Shown: positions 25,467 to 32,000 of the stretch, piece by piece
Layout: each line of letters begins with the position of its first letter
Position numbering within the stretch: the stretch's first letter is position 1
Assembly (NCBI GenBank): GCA_000091165.1
Contig: FP565575.1
Span: 1,440,001 to 1,472,000 of the forward strand
DNA from: Candidatus Methylomirabilis oxygeniifera
GTDB lineage: Bacteria > Methylomirabilota > Methylomirabilia > Methylomirabilales > Methylomirabilaceae
DNA length: 32,000 nucleotides
Reading direction: 5' to 3'
Translations under genes and position numbers: made by a program
The notes under the pieces: generated by a model
The model's input: the letters and a program-made list of their open reading frames with translations, nothing else
Told to the model about the DNA's origin: nothing
Databases searched by the model: none

Positions 25467-28379
25467 CTATTCCGGCTCGTCATTCCGTGCATGACAAGCC
25501 TGCCCCGTACTTGATACGGGGGAATCCAGTCGGGTCCCACCGCTCCGCCGGATGATGGCGACAGCCTCGGCGAGGGCGTCCTGAAGCTGTGCCATCGTGT
25601 ATGGTTTGGCCAGCACGAGGTCCACCCCCGTCCCCTCGAGCCGGTCAGACTCCAGCGCGTCGCCCCACCCTGTGACCAGGATGACGGGACAGGTGGGCCA
25701 GCGAGCCTTGACCGCCTTGGCGACCTCCCACCCCGACATCTCCGCCATCCCAAGGTCGGTAAGAACCAGGTCGAAGCGTTCAGTCGTAAGGCGCGTGAGC
25801 CCTTCCTTGCCGCTGGTTGCGACGGTCGCCTCGTGGCCCAGGAGGCGTAGGGACACAGAGAGGGTCTCGGCAAGGAGCGGATCGTCGTCGATGACCAGCA
25901 GTGTAAGCGGGCCGGTGAGGGGGGAGCGGCGCGGCGCGTCCGGCAGCGATACCATTTCAGTGCCCCGCTCTCCGGCAGCCTCTACCTCGGCGACCGGCAC
26001 GCGTACGGTGATGGTCGTCCCCTGTCCTTCTACGCTCCGGACGCTGATCTCGCCGCCGTGGCGCTCGATAATACCGTAAACCATGCTGAGGCCGAGCCCG
26101 GTTCCGCGTACCCCCTTCGTGGTGAAGAACGGCTCGAAGAGACGAGTCTGCACGACCTGCGACATCCCGGTTCCGGTGTCGGCTACGGCAAGCTCGACCC
26201 AACCCTGTCCTTCGCGTTCCGCCTCTCGTACTCCAAATCCCCCCGCGCCCCCCTTTTGTAAAGGGGGGGTGGGGGGATTTTGCACCTCGGACTCCGTACT
26301 GCGCGCATGGATCGTGCTGACCGTAATCGTTCCGCCATTCGGCATGGCGTCGAGCGCGTTGAAAAGTAGATTGGTGAGCGCCTCGCGCAGCTCGGCGGCG
26401 TTGCCCTGGACCGGCGGGGTATCGGCCAGCGCTGTCTGCACAGCAATGTGTACCCCTGCCGCCTCGGCCTGGTCCTTCCAGCGGGGTCGGGTAATCGCGA
26501 GGACCTGCTCGACGATCCGGTTGAGAGCCACCGGCCCGAACGCCTCCGCGCCCCTTGGGCGGGTCGCTTCCCGGATCTTCCGGATCGTCTCGGCCGCGTC
26601 GAGCGCCACCTGCTCCTGTCGCGAAAGGCGCTCCAGGAGTGTTGTGTAGACCTCTACGCTCCGCAGGTCCGCCGCAACCGACCCCTGTTCGAGAGAGAGC
26701 CGCATGAGCTGCGTCTGCCCAAGAACCCCCATCAGTGCATTATTGAAATCGTGAGCTACTCCGGCGGCCATGGTTCCCATGGTAGCCAGCTTCTCCGATT
26801 CGATGAGTTGGGCTTCGCGCTTTTTTCTTTCGGTGACATCCCGGATGATGGCGGTAAAGAATTCCGATCCATGCTGTTCAGCCACCGATAGGGAGATCTC
26901 CAGCGGAAACTCCTCGCCGCTTTTCCGAAGGCCGCTAAATTCGAGACTGCGCCCGATCACGCCGGCGTCACGGATCCGGAGGTAGCGATCGAAGCCCTGG
27001 CGGCAATCCTCTTGATAGCGATCCGGCATCAGCGAGCTGACGAACTGTCCAAGCATTTCTTGCTCGCAATAGCCGAAGATCTTCTCTGCTGCGCGATTCA
27101 CGAGGGTGATTCGACCATGGCGGTCCGCGATTACGACACCGTCCTGGGCCGTCTCGATCAGACTCCGAAACCTCTGCTCCGATTCCCTGGTCTCCTGAAG
27201 CGAGGTTACCACATTGTCCGCCATGTTATTGAACGCGTCGCCAAGCGCGGCGATCTCGGCGGACCCACCGACTTTAACCCTGGCGTCCAGATGACCCTGC
27301 TGGATCCGATGGGACGCCTGCTCCAAGGCGACGATGGGACGCGCGAATCTTCGGCCTATGACGACAGCCCCTACGACCGCAACGCTCCCCACCCCGGCCA
27401 GCAGGATCAGCAGATACCAGCGAAGGGCCGCGACAGGCGCCAGGACCATGCGTGTGGGCATTAGTTCGATAATGACTAGAGAGGGATCCGAAGCGCTTGG
27501 GCCGATGGCGAACGACTGAGCGGTAATAATCTGTTCCCCCAGGATGGCCGCGACGGGGTCCCCGGCGAGGAGCCGTCCGGCAAGGTCCGGGAAGTCCTGT
27601 TGCAGGCGCCGGCCTGTGTTCAGGTCGCGGGGACTGCCCCACCGCTTGGCCGGATCGGGGTGTAACAGGTAGAACCCCTCCCGGTCGACAACATACACGA
27701 CCTTCCCGACAGCTTTGCCCTCTTGATGCAGCGCCTCGAGAAGCGGGCCTATCAGCAGGTTGATGATCACGATCCCGCGCCGGTTGCCCTCGTCGTCAAA
27801 GAGGGGCGTCGCGTAGCGGATGACGGGGCGGTACGGGACTTCGATCCGTCCATGTTCCTGGTTGAATTCCGGCTGGGAGGTGAACAGTTGCCCCGGCCCG
27901 AGCTTCATCGTCTCCGAGAAATAGTATCGCTGCCGTTGATTCTGAAGTCGGTCGCGGGGGATGATTCGTGGCGGATTCACACCGTCGTTGTCGACCCGAA
28001 CCAACTCCTGTCCGTTTTCGTCCAGGTAGCGGATCTGGTTGTATACCGTCCGATTTGCCGAGAAGGAGAGGAAGACCTGCTCCAGCGCCTTTCGCCATTG
28101 CTCGATCCCGGTCAGGTCGAGAAGAGTTCGGGCTTGGATCAACTCCCGCATCGCAGCCACGTGACTAATGATGGGCACATCGCCTTGAGCCGACTCCACA
28201 CGATGTCGGATGTGGTGGGCATCGCTCAGCACATCCTCCTTCAATTCCCCTATGGTTTTGTGCACAAGGTGGTCCGAGACAACCCGAACAACAGCGAGAC
28301 CGAACACCGCCAGGGGCGCCAGACCAACCGCGGTCAACAACACGATCAGAACGGTAGTGAAGGTGAACCGCCTAAGCAT
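25467..28379 (-). CDS. Hybrid sensor histidine kinase (Cache-TM-HAMP-PAS-HisKA-HATPase-REC)
   Basis: MLRRFTFTTVLIVLLTAVGLAPLAVFGL..., PAS (FRSLIETAQDGVVIADRHGRITLVNRAAEKIFGY), MAAGVAHDFNNALMGVLGQTQLM, DTGTGMSQVVQTRLFEPFFTTKGVRGTGLGLSMVYGII, LLVIDDDPLLAETLSVSLRLLG. Confidence 0.94.
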   Translation of the reverse strand: MLRRFTFTTVLIVLLTAVGLAPLAVFGLAVVRVVSDHLVHKTIGELKEDVLSDAHHIRHRVESAQGDVPIISHVAAMRELIQARTLLDLTGIEQWRKALEQVFLSFSANRTVYNQIRYLDENGQELVRVDNDGVNPPRIIPRDRLQNQRQRYYFSETMKLGPGQLFTSQPEFNQEHGRIEVPYRPVIRYATPLFDDEGNRRGIVIINLLIGPLLEALHQEGKAVGKVVYVVDREGFYLLHPDPAKRWGSPRDLNTGRRLQQDFPDLAGRLLAGDPVAAILGEQIITAQSFAIGPSASDPSLVIIELMPTRMVLAPVAALRWYLLILLAGVGSVAVVGAVVIGRRFARPIVALEQASHRIQQGHLDARVKVGGSAEIAALGDAFNNMADNVVTSLQETRESEQRFRSLIETAQDGVVIADRHGRITLVNRAAEKIFGYCEQEMLGQFVSSLMPDRYQEDCRQGFDRYLRIRDAGVIGRSLEFSGLRKSGEEFPLEISLSVAEQHGSEFFTAIIRDVTERKKREAQLIESEKLATMGTMAAGVAHDFNNALMGVLGQTQLMRLSLEQGSVAADLRSVEVYTTLLERLSRQEQVALDAAETIRKIREATRPRGAEAFGPVALNRIVEQVLAITRPRWKDQAEAAGVHIAVQTALADTPPVQGNAAELREALTNLLFNALDAMPNGGTITVSTIHARSTESEVQNPPTPPLQKGGAGGFGVREAEREGQGWVELAVADTGTGMSQVVQTRLFEPFFTTKGVRGTGLGLSMVYGIIERHGGEISVRSVEGQGTTITVRVPVAEVEAAGERGTEMVSLPDAPRRSPLTGPLTLLVIDDDPLLAETLSVSLRLLGHEATVATSGKEGLTRLTTERFDLVLTDLGMAEMSGWEVAKAVKARWPTCPVILVTGWGDALESDRLEGTGVDLVLAKPYTMAQLQDALAEAVAIIRRSGGTRLDSPVSSTGQACHARNDEPE
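25503..25521. repeat. Small inverted repeat inside kinase C-terminal tail (CCCCGTA-CTTGA-TACGGGG)
   Basis: Perfect 7-bp arms. Encodes part of the tail LDSPVSSTGQACHARND, which has no counterpart in the paralogous kinase. Confidence 0.6.
26235..26281. repeat. GC-rich palindromic repeat embedded in-frame in kinase coding sequence
   Basis: AAATCCCCCCGCGCCCCCCTTTTGTAAAGGGGGGGTGGGGGGATTTT, near-perfect inverted arms of about 22 nt. Encodes QNPPTPPLQKGGAGGFGV on the minus strand. Confidence 0.85.
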
Positions 28380-28452
28380 AGGACCTCATCGTGTCGCGCT
28401 CAACCCGAACAGCGCCGTGAATCTCCCACGTCAGACTCTATTCCAGCGCCCG

Positions 28453-29226
28453 TCACAGCATCTCCCCGGCCTGCACAATGATCTGCGCAACCGCTGCCAG
28501 CCTGAGGTTGCGCGCCTGGCTCTCCCGCTGCAGTTTTCGCATCGCCTCGGCCTCAGATAGTCGCAGCCGCTCCATAAGGATCCCTTTCGCCTTCTCGACC
28601 AGCTTTCGCTCCTCGAGCGCCGTCTCCAGCTCCCGCGTCCGCTGTTCCAAATACCGGACCTTCGCCTGGAGCTGGCGCACCGTCGCCTCGGAGAAGCGCT
28701 CCGGTTGGCCGCCGGGCTCGGGGGCGGGGCCGCCCTGCGCCGGCCGGTCGACGGCGACGGCCCCCGTCTCGGCCTCCGCGGTGGGCTGCAGGTACAGCCG
28801 GACGTCGCAGCCCTCGCGCGCCGCCGTGTCCCGCGGCGCGACTACCACCTTGCCGTAGCCGAAGCGCTCCGCGGCTATCCGCCGGAGGCTCTCCCACCAC
28901 AGGTGGCAGAGGGGCGCCGTCTGTCCGCCCTCGTCGCGGCATATCGTACAGGTGAAGCGGATATGATCGGGCGCCACCCGGTACTGCATCGCGCCGCCCA
29001 GTTGCTGCGCCAGTCGGACGACGGCCTTGGCGTAGGTGTCCGGGGTGAGGGGTGACGGCGCGTCCTCGCACGGCGCCTCCGCCATACGCAGGAGGCGGGC
29101 GGCGGCGCGCAGGGCCTGCTGCCGTCCCTGCGAGTTGCCCCACTCGTCCAGCAGGCCCGCCGTGTGCCCGATGAAGTCGCGCACAAAACCGCTTGGGGCC
29201 GTCTCGCTGTGCCTGGGCTTGCTCAT
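28453..29226 (-). CDS. ANTAR-domain protein with Cys-containing N-terminal domain (paralog 2)
   Basis: MSKPRHSETAPSGF...TYAKAVVRLAQQLGGAMQYRVAPDHIRFTCTICRDEGGQTAPLCHLWWESLRRIAAERFGYGKVVV...LEERKLVEKAKGILMERLRLSEAEAMRKLQRESQARNLRLAAVAQIIVQAGEML. Preceded by GAAGGAGG. Confidence 0.88.
   Translation of the reverse strand: MSKPRHSETAPSGFVRDFIGHTAGLLDEWGNSQGRQQALRAAARLLRMAEAPCEDAPSPLTPDTYAKAVVRLAQQLGGAMQYRVAPDHIRFTCTICRDEGGQTAPLCHLWWESLRRIAAERFGYGKVVVAPRDTAAREGCDVRLYLQPTAEAETGAVAVDRPAQGGPAPEPGGQPERFSEATVRQLQAKVRYLEQRTRELETALEERKLVEKAKGILMERLRLSEAEAMRKLQRESQARNLRLAAVAQIIVQAGEML
28457..28962. repeat. Duplicated segment, copy A (matches 31495..32000)
   Basis: Line-by-line comparison at offset 3038 found one substitution (T at 28495 versus C at 31533). 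Confidence 0.9.
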
Positions 29227-29259
29227 CCGATTGCTCCGCCTCCTTCCGTCTGCGCCCAT

Positions 29260-29294
29260 AAAAAAAGCCTTTCATCGATATGCCGATGAAAGGC
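29260..29294 (-). terminator. Intrinsic terminator/attenuator-like hairpin upstream of ANTAR paralog 2
   Basis: On the minus strand: GCCTTTCATCG-GCATAT-CGATGAAAGGC followed by TTTTTTT; the T-tract ends 33 nt before the ATG. Confidence 0.8.
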
Positions 29295-29345
29295 TCCCTC
29301 GCCTGTTCCCGCCCGGCCCTCGTCAGCCGGATGGGAGAATCCGCG

Positions 29346-29375
29346 CGTCCTGACGGCCATGCCGCCCTCAGGACG
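29346..29375 (-). promoter_or_regulatory. Leader hairpin upstream of terminator
   Basis: CGTCCTGA...TCAGGACG 8-bp stem with internal CGGC-CAT-GCCG; a second stem ACCGATC/GATCGGT lies at 29390..29411. Confidence 0.6.
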
Positions 29376-29563
29376 TCATCAACTTACTGACCGATCAACC
29401 GCGCGATCGGTAAACTGTTCCGCCTGGCAACAACCGTGCGTGGCGCAGCGACGGACCATCCTAGATCTATATACCGACAGATTCGGGTCTCCTCTTGAGG
29501 CCCATTCCTCCGGTCAACGAATCATCACGACGTCGGAGAAGCCGTAGGCGGCTCCGATGAGAG

Positions 29564-30256
29564 TCAGTCTGCCGTCCGTGTTCGCTCCATGGCGGTCAGT
29601 TGAGCCTGGGTCTGCTCCAGTTCGCTCAGCTTTGTCTCCAGTTGTCGAGTCGCGACCTCCAATTGCTGTGTCGCGACCCTGAGTCGCTCGTACAGGTGGG
29701 CGTTGGTCACCGCCATCCCCACCACCGCCCCGATAGCGCTCAAGAGTTGCACATCGTCCTCTGTGAGAACGCGCGTCCGACGCTCGGCGACATTGAGGCA
29801 CCCGGTAACCTCCCCCTTGCCCAGCAGGGGGAAGGCCACGAAGGTCTTAAAGCCGGCCGCGACCACGCTGTGCCGGAGAAAACGAGGCTCTTCCGCCAGA
29901 TCGGGAATGACCACAGATTCCCCGGTTTCCACCACCAGCCCGGGAATCCCTTCACCAGGACCAAACCGCTGACGCTCCCAGAAGGCCTCCGAATGCAGAC
30001 CACGATGTCTGGCCAGGCGCACCTCGCCCACAGCCGGATCGAGGAGCCAGATCTCCCCGGCCTCCATCTCTGTGACCGTCAAGGTGGCATCGAGGACCCG
30101 ATCGAGGACCTCGGTGAGGGCCAACGAGCTGCTGGCGGCTTGCCCAACCCTGCTGAGGGCCTCGAGTTGGTTCGTGCGTCGTCTGTATTGCTCGACCTGC
30201 GCCTGCAACGCGGCGTCGGATCGGGCTTGCTCCGCGGAGAACGTCTCTTCCGGCAT
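29564..30256 (-). CDS. GAF-domain protein, no kinase region
   Basis: EMEAGEIWLLDPAVGEVRLARHRGLHSEAFWERQRFGPGEGIPGLVVETGESVVIPDLAEEPRFLRHSVVAAGFKTFVAFPLLGKGEVTGCLNVAERR. Ends in QLTAMERTRTAD, where the paralogs continue into HisKA. Confidence 0.9.
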   Translation of the reverse strand: MPEETFSAEQARSDAALQAQVEQYRRRTNQLEALSRVGQAASSSLALTEVLDRVLDATLTVTEMEAGEIWLLDPAVGEVRLARHRGLHSEAFWERQRFGPGEGIPGLVVETGESVVIPDLAEEPRFLRHSVVAAGFKTFVAFPLLGKGEVTGCLNVAERRTRVLTEDDVQLLSAIGAVVGMAVTNAHLYERLRVATQQLEVATRQLETKLSELEQTQAQLTAMERTRTAD

Positions 30257-30472
30257 AACTATGCTCCACTCTCTCGACGGCGGACACCGTGGTCACAGAT
30301 CCGCCTACGTGTCAGTTCCCCTATCCTGGTTGCACAATCGGTCACTCCGACCGGTATCCCCATGGATGATCCGCCCGCGTACCGACGAACATGCAAAATC
30401 AACGCCACACTGCTTCTCTCCGATCCTCATGCTTGAGAGGCCCGACAGGTAACGGCTCGTGTGTATCCGGAA

Positions 30473-30510
30473 ACACAAAAGCCTTTCATCGAAGATCCGA
30501 TGAAAGGCTT
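30473..30510 (-). terminator. Terminator/attenuator-like hairpin upstream of GAF gene
   Basis: On the minus strand: AAGCCTTTCATCG-GATCTT-CGATGAAAGGCTT followed by TTGTG. Stem sequence is the same as the one at 29267..29294. Confidence 0.7.
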
Positions 30511-30563
30511 CATCGCCCTCTCTCACGACACCGCCATCAGCACCGTTGGCAAGAGATCCACGC

Positions 30564-30602
30564 CCTGAGAGTGGTATCACCCTCAGGCCTCGATTGCCTG
30601 AG
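30564..30602 (-). promoter_or_regulatory. Leader with mutually exclusive hairpins
   Basis: CTCAGG (30582-30587) can pair with CCTGAG (30564-30569), or CTCAGGC (30582-30588) can pair with GCCTGAG (30596-30602). Confidence 0.65.
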
Positions 30603-30669
30603 AGCCGTCAACTACGAGTGTGCACAACTCGACCGCTTTGTCACCAACCTCGCGTCGAGTTGAACGACA

Positions 30670-30699
30670 GTATAGATGACATCGTGCGCGACTGTCAAG
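30670..30699 (-). promoter_or_regulatory. Sigma70-like promoter
   Basis: Minus strand TTGACA - 18 nt - TATACT. Confidence 0.6.
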
Positions 30700-30714
30700 T
30701 TCCCGTCGCGCCGC

Positions 30715-31461
30715 CTAATTCACATTATAAGAGCTGAGCATCTGCAGCGCCCTTAACGCGTTGTGGCAGTCGCGGGCGATGCCGGTCTCCGGCTCGTCCG
30801 TCGCCCGCAGTCGCGCTGTGGCGACTAACTGATTCTGGGTGCACTGCACCTGTTCAATCTTTGCCGTAAGCTGCTCGATAGAACGCCTGAGTTCCTCGTA
30901 CAGGCAGGCGTCCGCCGCAACCATTCCCACGGCTGCTCCGATCGTGATCAGGAGGCGTAGATCTGCCTCTGTGAACGAGCGCGCCCGACACGCGGCGATA
31001 TCGAGGGAACCGATGACCTCCCCTTTGGCCCGCAGCGGGACGGCCACGAAGGTCTTGAAGCCGGCCGTGACCACGCTGCGCCGGAGAAAGCGAGGCTCTT
31101 CCGCCAGATCGGTAATGACCACGGGCTCCCCGGTCTCCACCACCAGCCCGGGAATCCCTTCACCGACGGCAAACCGCGTGCGTTCCAGGAAGGCCTCCTC
31201 GATAAGGCCGTAATGCCGCTCGACGCACACCTCTCCTCGGATCCTATCGAGCAGACAGATCTCCCCGGCCTCCATCTCCAGAATCGTCACGGTCACGTCG
31301 AGGATCCGCTCGAGAATTTGATGGATCGGCAGCGAACCGGTGATGATCTGGCCGACAATGCGAAGAGCCTCCAGGTGTCTGGTGTGGTAGAGGTGCTGTC
31401 TTACCATGGTCTCTACGTCAGCATACAACTTAGTCCCCTTCACCGTCGCCCCCTCCTCCAT
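30715..31461 (-). CDS. GAF-domain protein with degenerate HisKA tail
   Basis: GAF region EMEAGEICLLDRIRGEVCVERHYGLIEEAFLERTRFAVGEGIPGLV; tail QNQLVATARLRATDEPETGIARDCHNALRALQML. RBS GGAAGGAGG before GTGATG (31464/31461). Confidence 0.88.
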   Translation of the reverse strand: MEEGATVKGTKLYADVETMVRQHLYHTRHLEALRIVGQIITGSLPIHQILERILDVTVTILEMEAGEICLLDRIRGEVCVERHYGLIEEAFLERTRFAVGEGIPGLVVETGEPVVITDLAEEPRFLRRSVVTAGFKTFVAVPLRAKGEVIGSLDIAACRARSFTEADLRLLITIGAAVGMVAADACLYEELRRSIEQLTAKIEQVQCTQNQLVATARLRATDEPETGIARDCHNALRALQMLSSYNVN

Positions 31462-31490
31462 CACGGCCCGCCTCCTTCCGGGGTATCCAT

Positions 31491-32000
31491 TCACGGCATC
31501 TCCCCGGCCTGCACAATGATCTGCGCAACCGCCGCCAGCCTGAGGTTGCGCGCCTGGCTCTCCCGCTGCAGTTTTCGCATCGCCTCGGCCTCAGATAGTC
31601 GCAGCCGCTCCATAAGGATCCCTTTCGCCTTCTCGACCAGCTTTCGCTCCTCGAGCGCCGTCTCCAGCTCCCGCGTCCGCTGTTCCAAATACCGGACCTT
31701 CGCCTGGAGCTGGCGCACCGTCGCCTCGGAGAAGCGCTCCGGTTGGCCGCCGGGCTCGGGGGCGGGGCCGCCCTGCGCCGGCCGGTCGACGGCGACGGCC
31801 CCCGTCTCGGCCTCCGCGGTGGGCTGCAGGTACAGCCGGACGTCGCAGCCCTCGCGCGCCGCCGTGTCCCGCGGCGCGACTACCACCTTGCCGTAGCCGA
31901 AGCGCTCCGCGGCTATCCGCCGGAGGCTCTCCCACCACAGGTGGCAGAGGGGCGCCGTCTGTCCGCCCTCGTCGCGGCATATCGTACAGGTGAAGCGGAT
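31491..32000 (-). CDS. ANTAR-domain protein (paralog 3, N-terminus beyond window edge)
   Basis: Visible protein is the same as paralog 2 except the last residue (QAGEMP versus QAGEML). ORF open at the edge. Confidence 0.88.
   Translation of the reverse strand: MRFTCTICRDEGGQTAPLCHLWWESLRRIAAERFGYGKVVVAPRDTAAREGCDVRLYLQPTAEAETGAVAVDRPAQGGPAPEPGGQPERFSEATVRQLQAKVRYLEQRTRELETALEERKLVEKAKGILMERLRLSEAEAMRKLQRESQARNLRLAAVAQIIVQAGEMP
31495..32000. repeat. Duplicated segment, copy B (matches 28457..28962)
   Basis: See copy A. Continues past the window end. Confidence 0.9.

Noticed and set aside
26058-26891. Several plus-strand ORFs overlapping HK2
   Set aside because: Antisense of the conserved HATPase/HisKA region. 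No motifs of their own.
29278-30497. Hexanucleotide loops as canonical ANTAR-target (A1/G4) loops
   Set aside because: Loops read GCATAT and GATCTT on the sense (minus) strand and do not fit the AxxGxx pattern. I therefore do not claim a canonical two-hairpin ANTAR site.
29267-30508. Repeated CCTTTCATCG hairpins as a possible CRISPR or MITE pair
   Set aside because: Only two copies about 1.2 kb apart, no regular spacers, and each is followed by a T-tract on the minus strand, so terminator/attenuator is a better reading.

Overview
This is a bacterial chromosomal window. From general gene character I suspect an NC10 / Methylomirabilis-like organism, but I did not verify that. It falls into four parts. 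(1) 0-9.9 kb: a truncated Crp/Fnr regulator, an integrase relic, a HigBA-like toxin-antitoxin (TA) pair, a TlpA-like thioredoxin, an outer-membrane porin, an Amt ammonium transporter, a REC-ANTAR regulator, a DUF2231-like membrane protein, an NDH-2-like dehydrogenase and an SNase-like protein. (2) 10-15 kb: an accessory segment with VapBC, MNT/HEPN, a frame-disrupted wHTH + deoxyribosyltransferase/TIR-like gene, a secreted trypsin-like protease, a Phd/PIN pair and a nitrite/sulfite reductase remnant. (3) 15-18 kb: YqgE/AlgH and a FliK-like/FlhB-C-terminus-like pair (YlqG/YlqH type) separated by a MITE-like palindromic repeat. (4) 18-32 kb: a signalling block with one MCP, two large Cache-type hybrid histidine kinases, three GAF proteins showing graded loss of the kinase module, and three ANTAR proteins that share a Cys-containing N-terminal region. 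Two of those ANTAR genes are almost identical over the 506 bp visible. The leaders of this block contain hairpins followed by T-tracts, and one has mutually exclusive helices, which suggests RNA attenuation circuitry. The best candidates for something undescribed are the GAF/ANTAR/attenuator array and the wHTH-effector gene carrying a perfect in-frame G GGT TTT slippery heptamer. I cannot prove that either is a new system from sequence alone. I saw no CRISPR array, rRNA or tRNA.
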